A stretch of DNA of 64,000 nucleotides from contig NW_005434555.1 of the NCBI RefSeq assembly GCF_000315625.1, forward strand, positions 28,490-92,489, in the 5' to 3' direction. The stretch is from Guillardia theta CCMP2712 (Eukaryota; Protista; Cryptophyta). Below, piece after piece: positions 1 to 11,539 of the stretch (the stretch's first letter is position 1; every line of letters begins with the position of its first letter). Under the pieces are notes generated by a model, which saw only the letters and a program-made list of their open reading frames with translations, was not told the DNA's origin and searched no databases. The translations under genes and the position numbers were made by a program.

Positions 1-1581
1 GAGAATGAGATGGGTGCGGAAAGACCAAGCAGAGAGCGAGCGATGCAGAGAGAGAAGACGTTGGGCACTGCAGGAGCCGTGAGGAGACTCATGTCCTCTT
101 TCTCTCTTCTCTTCACCTCTGCTGCTTGTCCAGCAGCACTTGTCGGCAGCGCAACAACCGGTCAAGTTTTAGCTCCATCGTGCTTCTTTCGTTGATTTCC
201 GCAGGCAGCGTGTTTGACGTGGACAAAGAATCTTCAATACTGCTGACAGACACAAACTGCTCGTAAAGCGCTTGAAACATCTTCTCCGACGAGTCCTTCA
301 CTCCTTGCACCTGATTGCTTCTTCGTGAGGAATACATGTGAGTATGGAACTTACCTGATGAATCGCCAAATTCACCCGGTCATGCAAATCTTTCATCTGA
401 AAAAAGAAAAGAATCTTACATTCCTCATCATCATCACCACCACCACATCCTCATGGCCTCCTCAGACATTATCGTCTTTATCACTACTGTCGAAGGCATT
501 GTAACACCTGAAATCGATAGACAATCTCTTTTGTTGGCGTCTTATGCTCGAGCTCGCTGTCTGAGCTGCTGCCCTTGAACAACATCTTTCTGGCTGAGTT
601 GGAATCCTGACGAGGAGACAGAAAGTCGTTTTCTGACTTTGCTGCTTCAGTAGCTTGAACGCACTCCCTCGCGAGCTCGAGCTTTAGAGCTGTCGTAGCG
701 AGATGCCTGACATATATCTCAAGTGAGCTCATATAACAATTCCAAGCTGCGTACTCAGCTGATAACGAGCAAAGACTCGAAGTTGCTTCCTGCAGAATCA
801 CTTCAGCCCCTTCAGGTCCTCTGCTCGCATGTGCTCGCATGTGCTCGCCTGCATGGCCGCCAGTTGTTGGGCAAGGGATGAAGCATATGATCGTAGATCG
901 CTAACCGTCGTACCTGCTGAAGTTCAGAATCAACAGCGCACAACGAAAGACAGCAAAGAGATGTCGAAAGAGATGTCGACCTTTTGCATCGCTGATGCAA
1001 GCTTTCTTGTCAGATTTGAGCGTGTCTTGTGTGACAGTCGATTTGACAGGAGAGAAACAGGTTCTTGGACTTGGTAGAGGAGGTTTGGACTTGAACTCAG
1101 AATGTCCATCTTCGCTTTTCCATGCCCGCTGCAATGAACGCAACGGAGGATGCCGCGATGTCTCGTTCGGGAGGAGAGGAGGAGACGGTTCTCGATCGGA
1201 GGACTGCGAGGATTGGGAACTTTGATAGTCGAACTCACTTCTTCGAGAGAACGATGTGGAAGGAAGCTTGGGCTCAGGTTGCAAGGCGTGTGGCCTGGGG
1301 GATCGAGGAGAGGTTTGAAAAGCACGAGCCAAGTTTGAGAGAGCACGAGTAGGAGGGATCTGACTTGAAGCTGTAGGTTGACCTCCTTGCACTGAGTCAG
1401 CGCGCAGCTGCGATATTTGACGATCCCAAACAAGGACAGCATTCCTCACGGCAGTCCCCCCAGCCTCGCCTGAGCCTCCTGCTCCTGCTGCCGCCTCCAT
1501 GCCTCTCGCCTCCATGCTCGGTGTGTTGTAGTAGCCTGCTGCGCCTCTTCCTCTTCCGCCTCCATCTCCTCCCTCCGCCAT
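1..1581 (-). CDS. Hypothetical multi-exon protein, Ser/Pro-rich N-terminus; continues past the window start
   Basis: ATG at 1581 (MAEGGDGG...) in ORF 901-1638, followed by minus-strand exon-like ORFs 484-840 and 113-337 separated by short GT-AG introns. No family motif recognised. Confidence 0.5.
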
Positions 1582-1994
1582 TTCTTCCTTGATGGCTCTA
1601 GTCAACCGCCCGTTATTTCGGCCGCGGGCCTCCAACAAAGGCAGGCGGCTCGGAGCGGCCGGTCTCAGTCACTCAAAGTTACGCTCTGCTTGGTTGGAGT
1701 AGAGGTGTTCGCTGCCTTTTCTGTTTCCTAGTAGTACCTTGTTGAGGCGGGTTTGTAGGATCAGTCAATACACCTTCTACAGTCTTCTCTTCTTGCCGTA
1801 TGGGCAGGATCGAGGAGATGGCGAACAGAAGGAGAATGGAAAGAGGGATGAACGAATAACGATGTGTGAGAAATGAAGAGATCACGATGAGACGAGAGAG
1901 AGAAAGAGTGAAAGGATGAGATAGATGAAATTTTGTGGATGAGGAGAAGGTATTCCTCTTCTCCTCCTTTCGCACTAAATCAGCCGCTGCAGTT

Positions 1995-3297
1995 ATGGTG
2001 CTGAAGGTAGAGAAAAGAAGCGTCAGAGTTGAGGTTCCCAATGGATCCAACCTGCTGTTTGGATCGTTCTCGATGCAGGTAGCACAACGGATGTTCAACA
2101 CAATCGGCTGACTCCCAGCCAGGTCTGGGTGAAACCCAAGTCCTGGAGCGACGAAGAAGGCTACCAGCGAGAGCCCGGATGGCCTGTCATCCTCTGCAAG
2201 AGCAGGTGAGCATTCAAGGACAGGACAGTTAGCCTCACTGTAGCACGAAGGAGCTGGACAGATGGGTTTGGCATGTATGGAAGTCCTCCGAACACGATTC
2301 ATGCGTACATCAATGAATGGAACAAGAACAACGTGTCTGCGAGGTGACTGCGCAACGAGACCTGCCAGCATGAACGGTGTCTGCAGCATCGACATCAACA
2401 AGTGGAGCTGCATCCTCATGACCTACCACTTCAAGCCGGAAGGAGGGGTCCATGCCATCCGCTGAGAGCCGTCGAGAGCATGCTGATATGATTTACTAGG
2501 TGCTTCAACTGTATGTCAATGGCAAGCTCGTAGGAAGCAGAGACGGTCTGCCGCCAATGAGGAAGAATGATGCGGTGCAGTGAATGTGCTGGTCTCAGCC
2601 TTGTGTGACCCTCATGCAGCCGCTTGTCATCGGGAGCACACAATGGGGGGACATGGGCTGGTACGCATTCCATGGAAGCATCGGCCCTGTTGGTCTCCTC
2701 CTCGTCCTTCGAGGCCTCACTTGAGTCAGGTGACCTTCTGGAATCGTGCGCTCAAGGAGAGTGAAGTTGGACGGGTGATGGATCGGCATCCTGTTAGGGG
2801 AGAGGGTAAGAGAGGAGACTGGTTCTCTTCGCACCTGACTGATTGAACATGACAAGATGTGGTTCTAAGTTTAGAGCTCAACGAGACGAACTCGAAGGAA
2901 GCGATCGACTCGAGTGCATCGGCCAGCAATGGCTTGTACATGGACAGCCTGACGCCCATCAACAGGTTACCAGCTTATGGTTCAGTCCTCATCTTTTCGC
3001 TTCTTCTATTTGCAACCTCATTGGCTGTTCATAACTTCCCTTTTCCTTTTCGTAACCCCCCCTATATTGCATATTGCCATGTGCTCACTGATGGGACATC
3101 GTTCTTATGTCGAGGATTTGCTAATGCTCTGCAGGTCACAACTACCATTCGATGAAGATGGTTCCTTGCCGTGGGAGAAGAACAAGGACAGCACAGATAT
3201 AATCCCTTCATGGTTGAACACGCGGACGATGTTAATGGGTGTGGGAGGTTCTGTTGTGCTGATATTTGTCATGAGGCGCTTACTTAAGACGTCTTGA
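1995..3297 (+). CDS. LamG/concanavalin A-like (Laminin_G_3) domain protein with C-terminal transmembrane anchor
   Basis: Spliced translation: FSMQVWVKP...WTDGFGMY...IHAYINEW...IDINKWSCILMTY...LQLYVNGKLVG...PLVIG...FHGSIG...VTFWNRALKESEV, which follows the LamG pattern. Ends MLMGVGGSVVLIFVMRRLLKTS*. Confidence 0.75.
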
Positions 3298-3430
3298 CGT
3301 TCATTGATTGAGTGAAATAACTTCATCTTCTTTGTGTTGAAGCACACTATACATACATATTAACAGCGAACAAGGTCAGGCACACGCAGAAGCTGATGGA
3401 GAGACATCAACATCAGCCTCCTTCCTGTTA

Positions 3431-4037
3431 GCTAGCGCATCAAACGAATCAATAAGCCCACTTATAGACCATCGAGGGGTTGGGCAGGCTAGTGCAGGCC
3501 ATCACACACATCTCCGTTCCGGTTGCAAGCTCAACGTCTGGTGTCTGCACAGACAGCTGGGGGTTGACGTTGAGGAGCTGCTTCACTGTAGTCGAGAACT
3601 TTCCTGTCAAGAAGGCTCAGCCCCTAGTCGTCGCCACCAACAACACCCGACCTGCGATGGAGGCGAGCGTCTCCCCGGCCATGGTGTGGTAGACAGGCCC
3701 GACCTTGATGATGTCGCCCACGGCGAGGTTCATGTCGGGATCTGGCACGCGAGTTCTGAGGCGGCAGTGAGAGCAAGTCGCAAGTCAAGATGATGATCAT
3801 TACGGGTTTGCATTCCACAGGTTGAGCCAGTTGGTGCTCAGCTGATACCTGCGGTGAGTCAGGTCGACCGCACAAGCTCCATCAACCGACCTTCGTGTGA
3901 GGGTTGTCAAGGTGTCCATGGGCACAACGGTGTAGGCGCAGAGCTCAATCTTCAAGCTCAAGGTGCTGGTGAGTGGTGGGACGATGCGTTTCGAGTCCCC
4001 ACAGGAGAAGACCCAGTTGAAGGTGTGACCCTCGTCG
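3431..4037. repeat. Outer inverted repeat, left arm (LysM cassette; partner ~36694-37300)
   Basis: Near-identical reverse complement of 36694-37300 (paired coordinates sum to 40731), including three introns. Confidence 0.95.
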
Positions 4038-5383
4038 CCTCTCAAGGGGAAGTACTTGAACAAGTAGGTCACTTCCTTCTCCCCGTTCTGATAAGTGGTG
4101 CTGTTCACCAGTGTGATGTTTCCCCTCAGCGGGCCTTGTACATCAACTCTGGGAACATAGTTGGAATAACACATCACGTGCATCGAATACTCAGTTCCGA
4201 CAAAGGCACGTTGGACCGTTGAGGGCGCCTGCAACGTCCATTTCGAATTTGGAAGCAAGATTCCAAACTTGATGGCTGACATAGGAGAAACCTTGTTTGC
4301 ACAACCATATAAAGTGGTCTGTTCCGTCTGCGCATAGAAGAAGGCATAGAGGTACTGGGTTGGTCCACCCAGCACGATAGGGTCGAGTAGGTTGTTTGCC
4401 TTGGGAGTCCAAGAGATCTTGTAGCAAGCATTCTCCGTAGAATTTGTGGGGCAGGGCTCCGGGTCCACACGCATGCCAATGGGTATTCCAGGATCAACTG
4501 CGACGAAGAATTTGGCCCTGCTGCCATAGTTGAAGGTTATGGCGGCCACGTGAACCTCGAGGGGCTCTTCAAGGAAAACTCCTCGATTAATCTGAGTGTT
4601 CATGTTGTACATGCCGAAGTCAAACACATTGATCGACTTCCCATTGATCACTTCCGTTCGCCCCGGCGTCAAGACACAAGGCTGAGTCACTCCACATGTG
4701 AACGTCTGAGCTGGAAAGGTCTGGAACTTCGGGGCACCAAGAAATGGAGTGAAATCAATCTTGGGCGTGAGCTCAAAATAAGGGTTACCGCAAACAACGA
4801 AATGAAACGTCTTGTTGCAAGCTGAGTTGTTCGAAGGCAGATTTGCAAACATGTACTCGGCTGACATGGTCATGTTGATGATGCCCGGCTTGACAGTGAC
4901 TGATTCTTGCGCTGTCAAGTTCCATGAGAAGGTCAGCAACGAGACGTTGTTGTTGGGGCGAGAGAACTTAGACCAGGCTGTCGCTGTGGCAGGGGGAGTA
5001 TAGGTGGGGTTCATGAAGTCCAAATTGGACCAGATGGTAGGCCTGAGAAGGAAGGCAACCTCGTTGGGGGTTGCGGTCTCATACGAGTTGATTCGCATGG
5101 TGACTGCCCCGTAGACAGGATGCATGGCGGCAACAGAGAAGGTGAACTTTTCCAGGAATGAGACGTTGTACCAAGCATCTGCACACTGCTGAACGACAGG
5201 GCAAGTAGGGAGGTACAAGGGCGAGGTACAAGGCTTCGTGGGGCTGACCCAGGAGGTGTTCTGACCATGAGAAGTGGGCAAGGAAGAGAGGAGGAGGAGG
5301 AGAGAAGACAAGAGGTGGGAGGAGCTTGCGAAACAGCTCCAGGAGCGCACGCACCGCTGCATGCCGCTTCTCTCACTCGGCAT
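3449..5383 (-). CDS. Secreted protein A: signal peptide, beta-rich Ig-like region, two C-terminal LysM domains
   Basis: Hydrophobic leader LLSSLLLLLSSLPTSHG in ORF 3800-5428. Spliced C-terminus CAYTVVPMDTLTTLTRRYQLSTNWLNLWNANP...YHTMAGETLASIAGKFSTTVKQLLNVNPQL...LATGTEMCV...YKWAY* matches tandem LysM. Confidence 0.8.
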
Positions 5384-5685
5384 GCCCAGTACAGACCCTC
5401 TGCTCGAAAGGTCAAGCGACAACATCAAAATTGTCTTTAAATTTCACTATGCAATTTCAAATATTTATAGTCTCATTTACGGGTATTGGACCCAATTGAG
5501 ATGAGATTTTGACAAGATGGGAGTACAAAGGGTCGGCATGAGAGTTTGACGAGAAGAGGGGAGGAAGAGGAAAGGAAAGAGGAACGACGATAGAAGCAGA
5601 GAGGCAGCTGAGGACAGGAGAAGCTTGATACCAGGAAGAACAATACGAGCATCAGAAGCTACTTCCAGTGAAAAGACGAATCGTG

Positions 5686-8600
5686 ATGTCGAGATCGTTT
5701 CTTCTCTGCATTGTGCTGCTTCTGGCTGGTCCAGCTGATTCGCAAGGTCAACTAGGTGAGTCTAGTCGCATGCCTTGTGCTCGTTTCAAACTCTCTGACC
5801 GGCTCCTCCAGCCTCTGCCCTCAGCGGCACTTTCCGCTATGGTCATTTGTTCTGGGACGCGATATCAGGAAATCGCGTGCAGTTCACCGTGGAGGCTGCT
5901 TTCACTCGCGTTGTGGATACAGGGTACTTCCGAGGGACGGAAAGGGACGGGTACGCGCAGATCGGAGACATGGTGGTGATGGTAGGACGAGAGACGCCCA
6001 TGTTTGATTTCGGGGACGGCTTCATATTGGACAGGCTGACGATGAAGATCATCGCATACTCGATCGAGAGCAACTGGATTTTAGGTCAGGCAGTGTTCGA
6101 GCATGTTTACGCTACTCCCAACAACGGCGGGTCACCTTGGGTCGTGAAGTTCTCAGGATGCTGTCGGATCTCGAACCTGCTGCAAGGAGGGAACCAGCCG
6201 TGGCTGCTGCTTGGCGAGGTTGACCTGCTCCGGAGCGTCAGCTCTCCGCGATCTTTCGTTCCTCCCATGATCGGAGGGAAGTACTGTCAGAATGCTCAAT
6301 ACGGAGACTACGTCACCGTCTTCATCCCTGCGGCCATGAGAGACCCGCAGGGTCGGTCTGTGTCTGCTCCCTACCTGAAAGTGGACGAGCCTACCCAGAC
6401 AAACACGCTGACACAGTTCGGCGATCAGACGGGCAACGGCATCGCCATGCTTCCGCTGAGCTACCACATCGCTACATCTGCAGAGCAGTGCGTCATTGGA
6501 CAAAATGTTGACTACTTGTTAGGGTTGCGAGGAGAACTGATAGTATGAGACAGAACGGGCTGCGTTGCTTGGGGTACTTGATACAGTCGCATGTCAACGT
6601 CCCTGCGTCCACGGTAATCTCACTCCCCTCATACGCTCTTGTCCTGTCTGTGTGCCACCAACATGGTGGGAGGAAGCGCTGACGAGCGGGTGTGGGGTCA
6701 GATTGAAGGCGTGGTCAGAATCGACTCGGCAGAAGGAGGAGTCGTGCTCTCCACGGGATCAAGCTCCGCGACTTGTCAAGCAAGCAAGAGCTGCGAGATA
6801 TCAATGATGTACTGAATGTGCTCGTTATGCTCCGAGAGGTGACGATGTTGTGATGTCAGCTACGTGAAAGTGAACGAGACACACGTGACGGTCGGACACG
6901 AGCTGCAAATCGACAGTAACAACAATTTTAGCTTGTCCGTTGTTGCATTTGCCATGGCGGTAATGCTTCGATGCTCTCGCGCTTCTTCGTGCTCGGCCGT
7001 AGAGCGGTAGTTGCTCACTTGGCTTGCAGGAGAAGCTGGCAGTGGGTCGCTGCATGCACTTGGCGGTAGTTCGCCATTCGTTCTCTCAGAGCTCGAAGTA
7101 CTACTCGACCTACAAAGTCTACGTCAACGGGTGTGATGATCCCTGCCCTTCCTCGATACTAGTTGCTGACGTGGCGCGCGAACCTCCGTGCAGGCAAGTG
7201 CTGAGCAAGGGAGAGTATCCTCCGTGCCAAGCAGGAGGAGGGTGCACGGGAGGGCGACGCCCGGGGATTGCGCTCAAAGCCTTGTCGGAAGGAGAATCGA
7301 ACCCGGTGAAGCTTGTCAAGCAGGAGTGACGCGGTGGACTCATGTTGACTGCAGGTCGAGGGTCCTCGCACGTCATACTCGACTGACTCCATGGGGTCGG
7401 GAGCCTACCTTCTGTTCGGAGGATATCGAGGAGCGGCGGGTCCCCCGTCCTACTTTCACGGGTGAGCCTGGACGCTGAGGAGTGAGGGAAGAATGTGAGC
7501 GATGCTGTGCAGATCGCTACGAGAATGGCGGTTCTGGCTGGGAGAAAGGAACGAAGGAGAGATAGTGCGGTGGTACCAGAGGCAGATTGAGCCGTCCTTG
7601 TCCAACAGCTATGGAGACCCAACTTCCCTGTACGGGCAGAGCATGACAAGTGCGACCGACTACCAGATAGCTTCCCAGCTGCTGCTTCTGTACAGCTTTG
7701 ACTGGAGTAAGGCATCGGCGGCAGACAGCTCATGTCCAGCCTACAGGACGACCTGCCGATACTCGCAAGTGAGGCCGACGTACCCGATGGGGGTAGACCA
7801 GTCGAACTACATCCTTAAGACTGACGTAGCGAACCCGAGAGTCTCGCATGCGAGCCAGAAGTGTGTACAGGCGCCCTCAGACTCCTCGGTCAGCCCTTAC
7901 GCTCTGTCGCTGCAGCTTCTTCCGGGCTACAACCAGTTGACCGTCTACTTGTCATGGGATGCCAACCTGACCGGAGTGCCTGTCGACATCGTCTCGCAAA
8001 CGATCGAAGCTGTGAGCTGCAGCGGCGTCAGTCAGTTCAAGGTCGGGAGCTTGACCATCAACGAGCCGAGCTTGGAGTTCTCCGGCTTCTTCTCAAGCTC
8101 AGGCTCTGCCGATGCCTCCACTAGCCTCCCACCGATGATGGCCAAGTTGTCGACGTTGAGTGTGACCGCGGGAACGTACCTGGAGCTGACCGTGACGAGC
8201 ACGGTGACCTCGTCGAGCGACTTGTCGTCGCTGCAGGTAGGCGAGAGGTGGAGCCGGGGAGGGTGCTGACATGCGTGTTGAAAAGCTGCTGCTGGACAGC
8301 GGCAGGTCGCCGAGCACGATGTTCTTCCACGCCGCGAGGTCGACGACGTCGACGACAAGTCAGAGTGTGTCGATGAAGGTGACGTGGACCCCCTGCCAGC
8401 AGGACCTGGGGATCAACTTCATCTGCTTCCAGTCGCATGCTCGCTTCCTCAACGGCTCGCTCTGCTCCAACCAGCTCGACCGATCATGCAAGTCGAACGC
8501 TGACTGCTCGTCTAACGGTCTGTGCATCGCCAACTACGCGACGGTCGCCATGTCTCCTCTCAAGTGCCTAGGCATCAACGTCATCGTGGAAGATGCTCCC

Positions 8601-9266
8601 AAGTTCAACAGCTCGATCCCAGCATCAGTCGAGCTGATCATGGGCAGGGAGACTGCAGTTGACCTCGGCGTGTCTGTGGCGGATTGTCAGTCGCAGGTAT
8701 CGCTGGAGGTGGCGTCGGGGAGCATGCTTCCTCCGGGCGCCTCCCTATCCTCCCTGCTGGTTGCGAGCTGGGGCTGTACGGGGCGGTACAAGACGCTGAG
8801 ATGGACCCCCTCGCCCAAGGTGGGCGGGTACAGCTCGCTGAGCTGCTTTGTGGCGAAGAAGCTGCTGAGCAGCTCGACCTGTGCTGGGCTCGTACCCTCG
8901 TCGTCAGAGCGGTGCATCCTTGTGACGGTGCTGCCTTGTGTGTACTCGGTGGGGCGGGACCAGCAGCTGCAGGAGATCGCGGCGCTCTTCAACATGGACT
9001 GGATCCTCTTGTGGAGCCTCAACGCCAAGGTGTTTCACCCGGACTATCTGGTCTACAGCCAGCAGAACATCAGCGTCGGGCACGTGTACAGGTCGGAGCT
9101 GGCGGACGTGGGGCTGGACGTGGTGGCGGCGAGGTTCGGGATGACGCTGAGCCAAGTGGTGGAGATGAACTTCAACCTAGCGGGTGCCGCGTTCCTGCCC
9201 AAGGGACAGCGAATGTGCGTGGTGCCCAACTCGTGTAAGGGGATGAAGCAGACGATTTATTCTTAA
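5686..9266 (+). CDS. Secreted protein B: signal peptide, HFRYGH/CCR N-domain, LamG-like domain, Ig-like (WTP) repeats, two C-terminal LysM-like domains
   Basis: Leader MSRSFLLCIVLLLAGPADS. Exon ORFs 5847-6548, 7024-7329, 7502-8269, 8271-9266. LamG-like motifs MHLAVVR..YKVYVNG..LREWRFW. C-terminus CVYSVGRDQQLQEIAALFNMDWILLWSLN and LDVVAARFGMTLSQVVEMN..LPKGQRMCV. Confidence 0.75.
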
Positions 9267-9320
9267 CCGACGTGGAGCTGTAGAGGTACAAGTGTGAGGT
9301 CAGGGAGATTGTATGATAAA
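5686..9320. repeat. Inner inverted repeat, left arm (3635 bp; partner 32195-35829)
   Basis: Reverse complement is colinear with 32195-35829 (paired coordinates sum to 41515) with scattered substitutions. Introns are included. Confidence 0.97.
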
Positions 9321-9381
9321 TCGATGGGACACAAAGGAAAATACTCTCCAGCTCGAGGTCAGCTGACTCACTGTGGGGCCC

Positions 9382-10819
9382 TCAGTGGCTGTGAGAGGAG
9401 AGGATGACGAAAGTGAAGAATCCTCCCACGATAGAGAAGAACTTGGCAGTGACGTTGTACGCTACTGACATCTCCTCCACAATCAAATCAACCGCAGCGA
9501 TGTAGACGAACGTCCCCGAGGCCATGCCGTCCAAAACTTGATCGAAGTCAGCCGAAACAAGCGAGCAGTGGAAGGCGGAGAGAGGAGACATGCCCGAGCA
9601 CACACAACGACAACGAAGGAAAGGGAGAGCGAGAGAGGGGTAGAGAAGGAGAACAAGGGGAGAAAGGAGGGAAAGTAGAGAAGGGGATGGGGAGGGGGTG
9701 AAGACAAGACACTGACTTGCTGTCATCGCCCGCGTCGAGCTCTTCGGGGCTGACTTGTGGAGGGTCCATCCCACGACGATCCCCAGGAGCGACGACGCTG
9801 CAAGTCTCGTCATGTGTCTCCCGCTCTCACTCCTCTTCCCCTCCCACCAGCAAAGGCGCAGAGGAAGCGCATCGTCGAGCTGAGGGAGGTGCCAGCACGC
9901 ACGAAGCTGACGCCGAGCGAGAACGCCTCGACCCACTTGTGGAGGACGATGGCGAGCCAGAGGAGGAAAGCCTTGTGTGCGTCCGACTGCCCGCCAGGTC
10001 TCAGCGAGAGGGAGCAGGGGCAAGAAAGTTACCTGCACCCCGAGAGCCAACCCGCTCACGAAGGAGTGGAAGGAAAGCACCACTGTGAGGATGAGAGGGA
10101 GCAACGGCAGCTCAGGGTCGAAGGAATGGCTGTGCACTGCGATCATGACCTGTCAGAACTCGTGCAGCAAAGGGCTCGAGACAGCCACCGTGTGCTTTGA
10201 CTTTGCTCTCGTCCTCGCCTTGCAAAGTCATCTCCTCATCGTCGGCCTGGTCCTTGGATGGAGGACGCTTCATGAGCACCTGGAGCAGGTGAGAAGGAGG
10301 TGCTACTGGTGCAGAGCAACCTTCTCGAGCAGCAACGTCAGGAGGAAGCCGATCCCGCAGCAGATGAACGCTCCCTTCTCCGGTGACAGGAGGTCCTGCA
10401 GCAGGTGGAGGGAGGAGAACTCGTGCACGGCCTCAGGCAGCAGGTGCGCGATGCCGCATGCCAAGAAGACGCCTGAGCTGAAGTGAGTCCAGCTGGGAGA
10501 TGAGCTGGAGGTCACCTGCTGAGAAGGAGTTGGCAAGACTGAGGATACGCGGGTCTCCTCGGAAATATCGTGGAGCCAACCCGAAGCCTATCTTAATGGC
10601 AGCGATTGTGATAATCGCCAGAAGCAAGAAGGCAAAATCTAGAGACTCTTCTCGATCCTGGGAGGAGTAACGTTTGGTGCTCAGCGAGTACACGTGATGA
10701 TCGTCGTGGTCGTGGTCGTGATCGTCGTGGTCATCGTGATCGTGATCGTGATCGTGATCGCCCAACGCGTAGCAGAGCAGAAGTTGAAATGTGAGAAGGA
10801 ATAGCGAAAACTTTGACAT
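9382..10819 (-). CDS. ZIP (SLC39) zinc/iron permease with His-Asp-rich N-terminal extension
   Basis: Signal peptide then DHDHDHDHDDHDDHDHDHDDHH. ZIP motifs SSGVFLACGIAHLLPEA, VLSFHSFVSGLALG, IVLHKWVEAFSLG, GMASGTFVYIAAVDLIVEEM. Confidence 0.92.
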
Positions 10820-10999
10820 GGCGACGGTCGTTCAAGGGGTCTACTCCGATCTCATCTTGAATAAATCCTGTCTAAAGTTACAGTTAGTGTCGCATGTAAG
10901 TGGACAAGCTACAGCAACACTGAAATGTATGTACACATCTCCCCGAATGCTTCTATAATACAACGATATGTCATGTTGCCTTCACTTTGCTTCACACCT

Positions 11000-11285
11000 C
11001 CTTCTCCTCGCCTCGCCTCCACTCCCCTCCCCTCTCCTATCTCCTTCTCCTTCCACCTCTCCCCACCTGGTCTCATCTATTTTCTGTATGTCACTCTACT
11101 CGCTGCCTCAACCCTTCCTCTCCTTCCCTCCCCTTCCCTCGCCTCTCCTCCCCTCTCCTAAATCTCCTCTCCTCCCCTCCCCTCCCCTCTTCTCCCCTCT
11201 CCTCTCCTCTCCTCTCCTCTCCTCTCCTCTCCTCCCCTCTCCTCTCCTCCCCTCATCTCCCCTCCCCTCCTCTCCTCTCCCGCCC
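11000..11285. repeat. CT-rich low-complexity tract (CCTCT-like)
   Basis: Degenerate (CCTCT)n run, seen directly. Confidence 0.85.
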
Positions 11286-11490
11286 AGCCCCGTTCCGTCC
11301 ACGTCTTCGTCTCCTCGGTTCTTTCCATGTCGTCGCTTCGCTTCGTTCAGCTCGAGCATTACGGTATGATCTAGTGCTGTCCTCTATCGTCATCATTTAA
11401 AGCACCTGAGGCGAGCTTGATTTCTCCGGCAAGAGAAGGGATGCATTGCGAAGTTCGGGAGGAACGACATAGATAGAAGAGATGGTGGGT

Positions 11491-11529
11491 TGAGGTGAGG
11501 TGAGGTGAGGTGAGGTGAGGTGAGGTGAG
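11491..11529. repeat. (TGAGG)n pentamer microsatellite just upstream of the LRR-RRM start
   Basis: About 7 perfect TGAGG units. Confidence 0.9.
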
Positions 11530-11539
11530 AGTAGGGAGC

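Noticed and set aside
1679-2419. 246-aa minus-strand ORF
   Set aside because: It is the antisense shadow of the spliced LamG gene, which has clear motifs.
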